DNA of 46,356 nt from a virus (taxonomy: Duplodnaviria > Caudoviricetes), in IMG/VR virus record IMGVR_UViG_3300005323_000013, positions 1 through 46,356 of that record; one strand, given 5' to 3'. The notes below the pieces were generated by a model that did no database searches, had not been told where the DNA came from, and saw nothing but the letters and a program-made list of their open reading frames with translations. Positions 27,607 to 35,202 of this stretch are shown here, one piece after another. Positions within the stretch are counted from its first letter, which is position 1, and every line of letters starts with the position of its first letter. Both the position numbers and the translations under genes were made by a program.

Positions 27607-27761
27607 GCGTGTTCCTTTGCCCATAGGCGGTCAGTTTCTAAATCTTCGGTATCGTCGTCGGGCGATCCGAAATCCATGTCATCGCGCTCCACCATGTTGC
27701 ACTCCGGCGGCTCCATGTCCCTGTCGGGGAGCGTGGGCATCGTCGATATCCAGCCAGTCAT
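27603..27761 (-). CDS. Small acidic protein (52 aa, 16 Asp/Glu)
   Basis: Manual translation MTGWISTMPTLPDRDMEPPECNMVERDDMDFGSPDDDTEDLETDRLWAKEHA; GAGG RBS; ATGA overlaps on both sides. Confidence 0.65.
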   Translation of the reverse strand: MTGWISTMPTLPDRDMEPPECNMVERDDMDFGSPDDDTEDLETDRLWAKEHA

Positions 27762-27961
27762 ATGGCAACCTCTTTGACGAACGCACCGCGCCGGGCCGTG
27801 AATGCGATGACTTGTCCCTCAAACGGCCATTCCCCGCGCTTGTTTTCTGCGGCCATTTTTGCGCCCACCGCGCAGCCAGACTGCACCCTTATTTTTTCGG
27901 TATGGGAAGTTTTGCCGCGCTCGCGGACGATCACATCCACGTCCCAATCGTACAGCTTCAT
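27758..27961 (-). CDS. Hypothetical protein
   Basis: GGAGG RBS; ATGA overlap. Confidence 0.7.
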   Translation of the reverse strand: MKLYDWDVDVIVRERGKTSHTEKIRVQSGCAVGAKMAAENKRGEWPFEGQVIAFTARRGAFVKEVAI

Positions 27962-28449
27962 GCCGCGCCTCCGTATATGTTGCCCTTGACCATGCTATGG
28001 ATGTTTTCGGGCAGTGCCGTGATGCCGGTGCCGCGCAGGTCGAGCGAGCCGCCAACCGTCAGGCCGTCGGGCAGTGCCGTGATGCCGGTGCATCCCGCAA
28101 GGTCGAGCCAGCCGCCAACCGTCAGGCCGTCGGGCAGTGCGTTTATCATCAGTATCCGCGCTTCCCGCACCTTGACCTTTTCACCGTCTATGGCAATGTG
28201 CGGGCCGCGTGTTTCGCAGAACACAAGCCGCGTTCCCATGATCGTGCCGCCGTGGTCTTTGTCTTGTCCGTGCAACCCGCCGCCGCACTCCGCTTTTTCG
28301 TTCCAGTCGGGCGCGACAGTCCACACGCCCAACGGTTGCCACCGAAAGCCGTGCGCGTCGCTACTGACGCTTTTGCCATTGTCGTCGGCCCTGATGATCC
28401 AGTTGCCGTTCTTGATGACTTCCGCGATGTGCTTCTTTGTTATCTTCAT
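27958..28449 (-). CDS. Protein with C-terminal LRR-like repeats (ALPDGLTVGGxLDL)
   Basis: ATG 28449; ~60-bp tandem repeats at ~28009-28140; N-terminal FRW...G.WT.APDW....ECGGGLHG domain. Confidence 0.8.
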   Translation of the reverse strand: MKITKKHIAEVIKNGNWIIRADDNGKSVSSDAHGFRWQPLGVWTVAPDWNEKAECGGGLHGQDKDHGGTIMGTRLVFCETRGPHIAIDGEKVKVREARILMINALPDGLTVGGWLDLAGCTGITALPDGLTVGGSLDLRGTGITALPENIHSMVKGNIYGGAA

Positions 28450-28748
28450 GCCGCGCCTCCCATGTAAGAAAATTCCGCTTCCGTGCGGATCGTCACGCTG
28501 TACCCCGCCTTCCTGAGCCTGACCCTGACCTCCGGCCTGTCCATGAGTGGGTCGGCGATCTGCTGGATGCGTTCTGGCGGAAGCATTTTTCTTGTGCTTT
28601 TTTCGATTGCGACGCTTGCCACACAGACAAGCGCGGTGTCGGGCGGAAGGTCGCACGTCAATGCGTTGCGAAGAATTTTCAGCCCGCCCTCGGCGAACAG
28701 CTGAACGAGTGTCGCGGCCTCAAACGCCGCTTCGGTTTTTACGGTCAT
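28446..28748 (-). CDS. Hypothetical protein
   Basis: ATG 28748 with GGAGG; overlaps the stop of the HTH gene. Confidence 0.7.
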   Translation of the reverse strand: MTVKTEAAFEAATLVQLFAEGGLKILRNALTCDLPPDTALVCVASVAIEKSTRKMLPPERIQQIADPLMDRPEVRVRLRKAGYSVTIRTEAEFSYMGGAA

Positions 28749-28900
28749 TTCACAGCCTCCTTGACTGCGCTTTCGGGAATTAACAGCTTTTTCCCAATGC
28801 GCTTGGCTTCGAGCTTTCCTGCCTTTACCCAATCGGACACCGTTTCGGGTGTAACGCGAAGGCGGAAGGCAACTTCTTTCCTTGTCAAAAACTTATTCAT
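28745..28900 (-). CDS. Excisionase-like HTH DNA-binding protein (51 aa), Cro-position gene
   Basis: Manual translation MNKFLTRKEVAFRLRVTPETVSDWVKAGKLEAKRIGKKLLIPESAVKEAVK; GGAGG RBS. Below the ORF-track size cutoff. Confidence 0.88.
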   Translation of the reverse strand: MNKFLTRKEVAFRLRVTPETVSDWVKAGKLEAKRIGKKLLIPESAVKEAVK

Positions 28901-28926
28901 ACGATTCTTTCCTCCCCTCATAACCC

Positions 28927-28955
28927 ATAATAAAGCACCTTTGGATGCACGTCAA
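28927..28955 (-). promoter_or_regulatory. Leftward early promoter TTGACG-17-TATTAT
   Basis: Near-consensus sigma70 boxes upstream of the HTH gene. Confidence 0.75.
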
Positions 28956-28960
28956 TAGAC

Positions 28961-28973
28961 AAAAGAATCTTTT
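28961..28973. promoter_or_regulatory. Candidate operator AAAAGA-A-TCTTTT
   Basis: Perfect inverted repeat between the two divergent -35 boxes; the AGAATC core recurs at 29005-29010 and, inverted, at 28903-28908. Confidence 0.5.
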
Positions 28974-28980
28974 ATAGCAT

Positions 28981-29009
28981 TTGACACTCTTTTTTTTATC
29001 CGTTAGAAT
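28981..29009 (+). promoter_or_regulatory. Rightward promoter TTGACA-17-TAGAAT
   Basis: Consensus -35 and near-consensus -10; predicted +1 falls at about ATG 29017. Confidence 0.78.
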
Positions 29010-29016
29010 CTATGAT

Positions 29017-29178
29017 ATGGAAGCAATGAAACCGAGAAGCGTTCGTTTTGATAAAGAAACGGACAGGCTGATTGAAGAAGCGGCGCGGGCAGAGGGTCTT
29101 GAACCGGCGGCATACATTCGGCGGTGTACGATCTTGTACACGCGGGAGCATCATCCCGAACTGTTCCCGCGCTCATAG
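29017..29178 (+). CDS. Ribbon-helix-helix (CopG/Arc-like) regulator, candidate repressor
   Basis: PRSVRFDKETDRLIEEAARAEGLEPAAYIRR fits the RHH beta-alpha-alpha pattern; only convincing plus-strand gene; no SD, so probably leaderless. Confidence 0.8.
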   Translation: MEAMKPRSVRFDKETDRLIEEAARAEGLEPAAYIRRCTILYTREHHPELFPRS

Positions 29179-29180
29179 CG

Positions 29181-29525
29181 TCACGCATAGACTCGCTTCA
29201 TCTTGCCCTTGGCCCGCGCTCGGCGGTGGAAGTACAGGATGAATAGCGGCTGGTCTGCGATAAGATCGTCGGCCAGGAACGCGGTGAAGCTGTTGTTTAT
29301 GTTTATGCCGCGCTTGCGTAGGTCGCCCACGATATCCCGCATGGACAGGTACTTTTCGCCCGCGTTGACAAGCTCCCATGCCCTGTTGCTCACCGCGTCG
29401 ATAGCATCGGGGTTGTCCGCTTTCCAAGCCACGAACTTCTGCGCGAGAGTATCCTGGGCTGGCGGCAGATCGGGGATGACTTCCGGCTCATAAAGGCGCT
29501 TTGATGCAGTTTCAAGAAAGCTCAT
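29181..29525 (-). CDS. Hypothetical protein, possibly DNA-binding
   Basis: F..W...NP, INNSF.A.LA..L, F.RR motifs; ATG 29525. Confidence 0.7.
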   Translation of the reverse strand: MSFLETASKRLYEPEVIPDLPPAQDTLAQKFVAWKADNPDAIDAVSNRAWELVNAGEKYLSMRDIVGDLRKRGININNSFTAFLADDLIADQPLFILYFHRRARAKGKMKRVYA

Positions 29526-30127
29526 GTATTGCCTCCATGCCATTTCCCTTCGTCGCCCTTGAATGTTTTTTTGAACATTGTCCCCGCCGCCTCGTGGTAG
29601 ATAACCACGCCCTCGGGGTCCATGAACGGCGCAGCAAAAGAGCCATGATCCAATAGTTTCATCATTATTTCGCGGATCATGGCAGTATCAAAATCTCCAC
29701 GATAAAGAAGCGGCACAACGCGGCAACACGCCGGACAAACGGGCTTTTCGTTATCGAAGTTTTCCAGCCATTTGAAAGTATTAAAAAGGCTCCAATGCTT
29801 TTCAGTCTGCCCATATTTGCGCTGAATTCCTGCACCCCACCACTCTCCAAAATGGCGTCCGGGGCCAAGTATAAAAAGCTCCTCGGCGTGTTCCTTCGCC
29901 CATCGAGCAAAGCCAAAATTGTCAGCATCTGGAGTGATCCACCTCGTGCGGGAACCAGCGAACATTGCAAGTCCGTCAGATTGGGCGATGCAAAAAGGGT
30001 CGGTTTCAGCAAAACCCTCTAGTTCCTCGATGTAAATCTGCGCGTTTGTGCCGTCTATTTTCTCGGTGATTGTCATTGTGCGCGAAAGCCGCGCAATCTT
30101 TGAAAATTCGGTAAACTCTTCACTCAT
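29522..30127 (-). CDS. RNA ligase (Rnl2-like nucleotidyltransferase)
   Basis: Motif I TEKIDGTNA, GSRTRWI, motif III FGEWWG.GIQ, motif IV PEGVV, motif V FKK; ATG 30127. Confidence 0.88.
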   Translation of the reverse strand: MSEEFTEFSKIARLSRTMTITEKIDGTNAQIYIEELEGFAETDPFCIAQSDGLAMFAGSRTRWITPDADNFGFARWAKEHAEELFILGPGRHFGEWWGAGIQRKYGQTEKHWSLFNTFKWLENFDNEKPVCPACCRVVPLLYRGDFDTAMIREIMMKLLDHGSFAAPFMDPEGVVIYHEAAGTMFKKTFKGDEGKWHGGNT

Positions 30128-30336
30128 GTATTGCCTCCCTGCTTCCTGCATTCCGCGCAGTTGTACACGCCGTCCGTCGGCTTGCACTCGGCGCACTCAT
30201 ACCGTGTTTTTGCGTGGCTCTCGTCGTGCATGGGGTCGGGGTCTTTCGCGCAGCACATCAGCGCGTGGAATGCGTAGCCGACGATTGCGGCAAGCACCGC
30301 GATGGGATAAAGCCAAAATGCGTTAACCATATCCAC
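30124..30336 (-). CDS. Small membrane-anchored Cys-rich protein
   Basis: N-terminal TM helix; two CAEC motifs; GGAGG RBS. Confidence 0.65.
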   Translation of the reverse strand: MDMVNAFWLYPIAVLAAIVGYAFHALMCCAKDPDPMHDESHAKTRYECAECKPTDGVYNCAECRKQGGNT

Positions 30337-30390
30337 CTCCGATAAAATCGCGGGAGTTCGCAGGCACCTACCTGCCAGCCTTCCCCCGCA

Positions 30391-30448
30391 AATGGGGCGC
30401 TCCGGTCATGATCCGGCGTGACACGCGGTAAGCCGCTGCCATGCGTCC
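30391..30448 (-). ncRNA. tRNA-like mini-structure (not a canonical tRNA)
   Basis: Imperfect acceptor-like stem, one long hairpin, a CCGG-ATCATGA-CCGG T-arm-like hairpin, ending ...CCCCA. Confidence 0.35.
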
Positions 30449-30454
30449 TAAAAG

Positions 30455-30820
30455 CTACGCAGGCCGCTTTTCTTTCAGCGCCTTGTATAACTTCATGGCC
30501 TGCTTGTGGTCGATGACGCGCCCCGCGAATAGCTCATCCATGGCGAGCTTGAAAGCTGTATCCATGGGGATATTGCTTCTCAGGTGCTTCTTGACAAGCG
30601 CGGTAGTGTGTCGCCCGTACATGGATCTGAATCGGGAACGTGCAGCGAGTCGCCCATGTCGGTTGACGCTGTTCGGCTCACAATTGCCTTCGTACCGCTT
30701 CATCAGCACGCGGTACTTTTTCCCCGCGACAGTGCGCTTGATGTACTCGTTCGCCAAAAACACCGGGTCGATTGACAACACGCATCCCGGCTTCTTGTTC
30801 TTCATCGAATGATTGCCCAT
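30455..30820 (-). CDS. Basic hypothetical protein
   Basis: AAGGAG RBS; 121-aa ORF. Confidence 0.65.
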   Translation of the reverse strand: MGNHSMKNKKPGCVLSIDPVFLANEYIKRTVAGKKYRVLMKRYEGNCEPNSVNRHGRLAARSRFRSMYGRHTTALVKKHLRSNIPMDTAFKLAMDELFAGRVIDHKQAMKLYKALKEKRPA

Positions 30821-30829
30821 AGATACTCC

Positions 30830-31093
30830 TTATTGCCTCGCCATAGCCGATTGCTGGATTTTCTCGCCGTTAATTGCCGTTGTTTTTCCACGCGTCAGCT
30901 GTTCGCGTAGTTTCGCCCTCTGTTCGTCGGAGAGAACGCGTTTCTCCCTGCGGGGATCTGTCCCAAAGCGATACGGCCATAGCTTGCATTGCTTCTCGCA
31001 AGGGCAAAGCTCAACCTCGTGCGCCGTGTCGGAACAGGACAGGCAATGGGCGCGGATAGTCTGCAAAGGCGAACATAGATTTTTGTACTTCAT
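30830..31093 (-). CDS. Cys-rich phage protein
   Basis: PL..IRAHCLSCS....EV..C....C.LWPYRFG motif. Confidence 0.75.
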   Translation of the reverse strand: MKYKNLCSPLQTIRAHCLSCSDTAHEVELCPCEKQCKLWPYRFGTDPRREKRVLSDEQRAKLREQLTRGKTTAINGEKIQQSAMARQ

Positions 31094-31251
31094 GAAACTT
31101 TCTCGGGGTGGTTTCGCATCTTGCGCGCCGCCGCCTTTTCAAGATGATTTTTCATCTTTTCAGCGTTTCGCTTTTTGTTGCGCGTGCGAATTGCATCGCT
31201 ATACTTCGACACGTGCTTTTTCTTCTTGCCGCCGTCTGTCGATGTTGCCAT
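31090..31251 (-). CDS. Small basic protein (53 aa)
   Basis: Manual translation MATSTDGGKKKKHVSKYSDAIRTRNKKRN...; fills the gap exactly; its stop overlaps the next ATG. Confidence 0.5.
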   Translation of the reverse strand: MATSTDGGKKKKHVSKYSDAIRTRNKKRNAEKMKNHLEKAAARKMRNHPEKVS

Positions 31252-31596
31252 TCAAATACCCTCCATTTCCAAAACTTCGATCACGTCATCCACTCGATAC
31301 GCGACGATATGCAGTCCGCCCTGCTGTACGATGTCGCGCTGAAATTCCACTTGTGCGGGAGATAGTTTGCCGCGTTCGGCCTTGCACTCAATGGCAAGGA
31401 AGCGTCCGCCGGGTAGCACGCCGAGAATGTCGGCAATGCCGTTGCGCCCTGCGTTCGTGCGGAAGCGTTTTGCGGTAGGGTCGTATACGCCGGTAGTGTT
31501 ATTCCGCCATGCGACGATCTGCCGGACAGCGAGATAGTCCAGCACGGCCCTGACGACTGCGCTCTCCGGCACAACAACGCGGATGCGGGCGGTCAT
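31252..31596 (-). CDS. VRR-NUC (PD-(D/E)xK) nuclease
   Basis: WRNNT.G, GIADILG, FLAIECK...GKLSPAQ..F; ATG 31596. Confidence 0.9.
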   Translation of the reverse strand: MTARIRVVVPESAVVRAVLDYLAVRQIVAWRNNTTGVYDPTAKRFRTNAGRNGIADILGVLPGGRFLAIECKAERGKLSPAQVEFQRDIVQQGGLHIVAYRVDDVIEVLEMEGI

Positions 31597-31645
31597 ACAT
31601 TCCCCCCGATCCACGCAGGCAGGGCAAGCGCGTTGAGAAGGAAGA

Positions 31646-31990
31646 TCATGCAAGCCTCCTGCCATTATTATTTATCAGCTTTTCAATGCCGTCAAGTGTA
31701 AATATCTTTATTTTGTTAGCTATCGCAATTTGCATTTCGCGCCGACATCCCGCCGACATTTCCCATCCAGCAAGGAATAATACAGCATCGCACCTTTCAA
31801 GTTCAGGAATACATTTTAGCATTGCCTCTACCCATATTATAGCGGGACACGGCGACGCACTCGAAGTATAGATATCGTGCGGGATAACAAAATCAATGCC
31901 GTGCTGCGCTAGCAAGTCTGCCACACCACGAAACGCGGGAAGATTGTTACGCGGCATACCGGACACCGGGCCGGCAATGTAAACAGTCAT
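31646..31990 (-). CDS. DUF4406 / nucleoside deoxyribosyltransferase-like protein
   Basis: VYIAGP.SG, N..AF, CDAVLFL.GWE.S.GC..E...A. Confidence 0.85.
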   Translation of the reverse strand: MTVYIAGPVSGMPRNNLPAFRGVADLLAQHGIDFVIPHDIYTSSASPCPAIIWVEAMLKCIPELERCDAVLFLAGWEMSAGCRREMQIAIANKIKIFTLDGIEKLINNNGRRLA

Positions 31991-33009
31991 TCTTTATTGT
32001 CTCCATCTTCAGAATCGTCAAGTATTTCTGATTCGACGGTGTTATTTTGTAATTCCGCCCATAGTTCAATCTGTGATTCGCTTACTCCGGCCTCGGCCAG
32101 ATTCTTGACGGCCTGGTGATAATAGGAAGGCTTTAATTCTATTCCGATTCCCTTCCTACCATTTATCACCGCACCATAAACTTCAGATCCTACTCCCATG
32201 AATGGAGTAAGTACCTTTTCGTCGGGATTGCTCCAAAGTGTAACGGCTCTTTCGATTACATCGAGCTGCAACGGGTGAACGTGCTTTTCATCTTCTGCAT
32301 CACGGGCTGGCTTGAATGGTAGGACACGATCAAGGCGTACATCGTCCCAAAATGCGGAAGCGTACTGCCTCCATATCCAATGTGAAAACCTGTTTTCAAT
32401 CTGCTTTCCTGTCCATCCCTGGTATGCCTTTACATCTTCGGGCATTTCCCTTTCCCCGGCGTATCTTGTCAATCCTTCGGGGTGAGTGATAGGAATTGTA
32501 TTCTCGCCCTTTTTTCTAAAAACAAGCAGATAATCGGCACTTGCTACCGTACATCTTGACGAATCATTGACTATGGTTTGATGAGCGAGGCTTTTCGTCA
32601 TTGTCCTATTGCGTACCGTCAATGGCTCTTTCCATACGTGATAGCGGGCGACGTACTTGAATCCGAGTTTGTCATGGAGTCGGATAATGTCGCCAGGGAA
32701 GTCGAGGAGGTAATCATTTTTCCCGTTATTGCTTGACGGTACATCCATGCAATGCACACACGTCATCCTTCCGGGAAGCGTTACCCGGTACAATTCTTTT
32801 ATGAGGAACTCGTACATTTCAAAAAACTCTTGATAGTCACGGCAATTTGAAAAGTCCCTTTCGCTGCTGGAATAGTGATACAACCCTACGAATGGCGGAG
32901 AGTATACGGATAGGTGAATGGAATTGTCGCGCATCTTGGGGATTACTTCTAGGCAATCTCCATTATAAAGCGCGTATCTATCGGAAATGTTTTGATCAAT
33001 TATAGCCAT
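31987..33009 (-). CDS. DNA methyltransferase, N4/N6 class, beta arrangement
   Basis: Catalytic SPPF, SAM-binding TPFMGVGS, GIELK.SY, H.HPLQLDVIER. Confidence 0.9.
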   Translation of the reverse strand: MAIIDQNISDRYALYNGDCLEVIPKMRDNSIHLSVYSPPFVGLYHYSSSERDFSNCRDYQEFFEMYEFLIKELYRVTLPGRMTCVHCMDVPSSNNGKNDYLLDFPGDIIRLHDKLGFKYVARYHVWKEPLTVRNRTMTKSLAHQTIVNDSSRCTVASADYLLVFRKKGENTIPITHPEGLTRYAGEREMPEDVKAYQGWTGKQIENRFSHWIWRQYASAFWDDVRLDRVLPFKPARDAEDEKHVHPLQLDVIERAVTLWSNPDEKVLTPFMGVGSEVYGAVINGRKGIGIELKPSYYHQAVKNLAEAGVSESQIELWAELQNNTVESEILDDSEDGDNKE

Positions 33010-34376
33010 GATGGTATCTCCTCTTCTTTGGTAAACTCTATTCCTCGATTGATCTTGATAGCGTTATTCATTTCAGCTACCAGATTAGTAAACATTACAT
33101 TAGCGGCCTGTTCTTTTCGCTTCATGTTTTCCCGTATCCTGCCCTCTCCTTCCGAGATTACTATATCAACAGTAACGGGCTTCTTTTGTCCGAATCTCCA
33201 GAATCTACGAATGGCCTGGTAATACTGTTCATAACTATGGCTAGCGAATGTTACTGTATGGGCACAATGTTGCCAGTTCAAGCCAAAGCATCCTATGCGC
33301 GGCTTTATTACCAATCCACGAATCGAACCATTTAAAAACCCTAGATACGTTTCTTCCTTCATGTCGTCGCTGTCCGATCCAGATACTTGCACGAAGTCGG
33401 GAAGCATCTTTTCAAGTAAATCTCCTTCATCGTTTAGATGACACCATACCACGGCGGGTTCATTTGTATTCTTGACTAACGAAGCGGCCTTTTCGCACCG
33501 ATCTTCTACGGTCTTTCTTCTTTCTATCCGTTCCTCTCGGAAGTTTGCAGCCGGGAGGTTGAAAAGCATTTCAGGATTAGGCTCGGTCGATTTTACTATA
33601 TGCTCGTTTTCGATAAGTTGTGGAAGGATAAACTGACCATCTTCATATCCCAGGTCCGAAGGCCGCCGCGCCGCACGCGCCCATGAAGCAACCCACCTCC
33701 AGAACGCTTGCTCGGCGTGTCCTTTGAATCTCCAATTCTGAGCCTTTCCACCATTTGCGCGTTCACGTTTCATTGAACAGTTATTTTGATCATTCTTGAA
33801 AAAGCGCGTGAGCATATCCATCTGGCCTAGCTCTCCTAGGGCTTCGCTTGACGTTCCTAGCTCGATGTAGTCATTCGGGGCGGCGGTTGCCGTCCAGAGT
33901 GATCTATATTTTACCGTCCTAAGAAACTCCGTAACCTCTGCACGGTGCTTCCCGTTGTAGGCTTTTATTGCGCTTGATTCGTCACATATCACGCCGCCAA
34001 AGTCTCCGGGATTGAAATAGTGCAATCTCTCGTAATTGGTGGTAATAACTCTAGTTCCAGTAAAAACACCATCGCGGGACTGTACGCAGTCTATCCCGAA
34101 CTTCTCGCCCTCTCGAACGGTCTGCGCCGATACCGCAAGCGGGGCAATACATAGGACTGGCTTATTGGTATGCTCGATGACGTTTTGACCCCATGCAAGC
34201 TCGGCTAGTGTTTTACCTAGACCGCAGTCGTAGAAGTTTCCGCACCTTCCGCGACGTACCGACCAATCAACAATCCATCGCTGAAAGTCAAAAGCCTTAT
34301 GTGGAAAAAACGTTGGGGCAAACCCTTCATCCGCCCCATATTGAGCCTTGTGTTCCAAAAACTCTATATACGTCAT
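33000..34376 (-). CDS. SNF2-like superfamily 2 helicase
   Basis: DCGLGKT, DESS, TATAAPND, GLNWQ, YYQAIRR.WRFGQ; start is ATG 34376 (GGAG RBS). Confidence 0.88.
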   Translation of the reverse strand: MTYIEFLEHKAQYGADEGFAPTFFPHKAFDFQRWIVDWSVRRGRCGNFYDCGLGKTLAELAWGQNVIEHTNKPVLCIAPLAVSAQTVREGEKFGIDCVQSRDGVFTGTRVITTNYERLHYFNPGDFGGVICDESSAIKAYNGKHRAEVTEFLRTVKYRSLWTATAAPNDYIELGTSSEALGELGQMDMLTRFFKNDQNNCSMKRERANGGKAQNWRFKGHAEQAFWRWVASWARAARRPSDLGYEDGQFILPQLIENEHIVKSTEPNPEMLFNLPAANFREERIERRKTVEDRCEKAASLVKNTNEPAVVWCHLNDEGDLLEKMLPDFVQVSGSDSDDMKEETYLGFLNGSIRGLVIKPRIGCFGLNWQHCAHTVTFASHSYEQYYQAIRRFWRFGQKKPVTVDIVISEGEGRIRENMKRKEQAANVMFTNLVAEMNNAIKINRGIEFTKEEEIPSWL

Positions 34377-34389
34377 GGCTTCTCCAAAT

Positions 34390-34428
34390 AAAAAACCGCC
34401 TTTGGGGTCTGCACTCCCCTCGGGCGGT
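34390..34428 (-). terminator. Hairpin plus U6 tract just before the helicase RBS
   Basis: ACCGCC...GGG...CCC...GGCGGT TTTTT. Confidence 0.6.
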
Positions 34429-34488
34429 CTAGTATCGGCTCTCAGTTTCATGCAAGGGTGCAGCCTTCCAAGAATCAAGCCATACCCT

Positions 34489-34516
34489 ATCATACTACTA
34501 TATCCCGCGTTGTCAA
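34489..34516 (-). promoter_or_regulatory. Sigma70-type promoter TTGACA-16-TATGAT with AT-rich upstream tract
   Basis: Consensus -35 and near-consensus -10, intergenic. Confidence 0.7.
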
Positions 34517-34656
34517 GTGGCAAAATAAAAATAATTGCAAAGTCACTCGGTTACGCATTGTCACCGACTGAAACGCTTACGGCGGCGGGAAAACGGTTAT
34601 TTTCCCCTGCAAGGTATAGTTTTCGTTTATACCCTGCCGGGTGTCAGGAGTACGCG

Positions 34657-34947
34657 CTACTTTCCTGACAGCCGCAAGCTCAGCGCAATGAGCGCATCGG
34701 CGGCGATACAGGTTTCCACCGCAAAGCCTGACTCATCCACGGCCTTTCCTTGCATCATCCTGGAAGTATGCCGCGCTATGGCTCCCTGATAGGCGGGCAG
34801 GGCGATGTCAGGCGGTATCTTTTCCCAACCCTTCGCGCCCGGGGTGTCGCCATGGGCTTTCGCCTGCGCCATGAGTAGCCGGACGACTTCCTCCAACGCG
34901 TCCCACGGCAGGAGGTCGAAGCGCAGCTTTTCGCCGGTTATGTCCAT
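34657..34947 (-). CDS. dATP/dGTP diphosphohydrolase-like protein (DUF5664 type)
   Basis: GEKLRFDLLP..AL.EV, GWEK, A..RH, DESG motifs; the usual His after DESG is absent. Confidence 0.7.
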   Translation of the reverse strand: MDITGEKLRFDLLPWDALEEVVRLLMAQAKAHGDTPGAKGWEKIPPDIALPAYQGAIARHTSRMMQGKAVDESGFAVETCIAADALIALSLRLSGK

Positions 34948-34948
34948 G

Positions 34949-35188
34949 CTACTTCACCCATGCGGGTTTTGCGCCCTTTGGTCCGCCCTGCGCGGCCAGC
35001 CGGTCATGGTGTTCCTTCACCTTGTCCTTGCCGATATGCAGGTCGGAGGATAGCTCGCGCTGTGTGCAATGGTCATAGAGGCTCCACAAGTACCACTCCT
35101 GATCGGCGGTAAGGGTCACGCGGTTGCCGGAATTGCCCTTGGGTGGCGCGGTCATGCGCTTGGAAAACAGCGTGGCAAGTTCTTCCAT
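34949..35188 (-). CDS. Small HTH protein
   Basis: TQRELSSDLHIGKDKV; ATG 35188 with GGAGG RBS. Confidence 0.6.
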   Translation of the reverse strand: MEELATLFSKRMTAPPKGNSGNRVTLTADQEWYLWSLYDHCTQRELSSDLHIGKDKVKEHHDRLAAQGGPKGAKPAWVK

Positions 35189-35202
35189 GGTGCCTCCCAT
35201 GT

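Noticed and set aside
28009-28140. CRISPR-like repeat array
   Set aside because: The repeats are contiguous in-frame coding repeats with no unique spacers, and no cas genes are present.
28745-28900. True excisionase implying an integrating prophage
   Set aside because: No integrase or att-like context was recognised; its position as first gene of the early promoter fits a Cro-like regulator better.
30391-30448. Canonical tRNA gene
   Set aside because: Too short, with no separate D and anticodon arms and no TTC in the T-loop; kept only as tRNA-like.
34657-34947. Z-genome (2-aminoadenine) pathway implied by the diphosphohydrolase-like gene
   Set aside because: No PurZ and no DNA polymerase gene was found, and this family occurs widely without Z-DNA.
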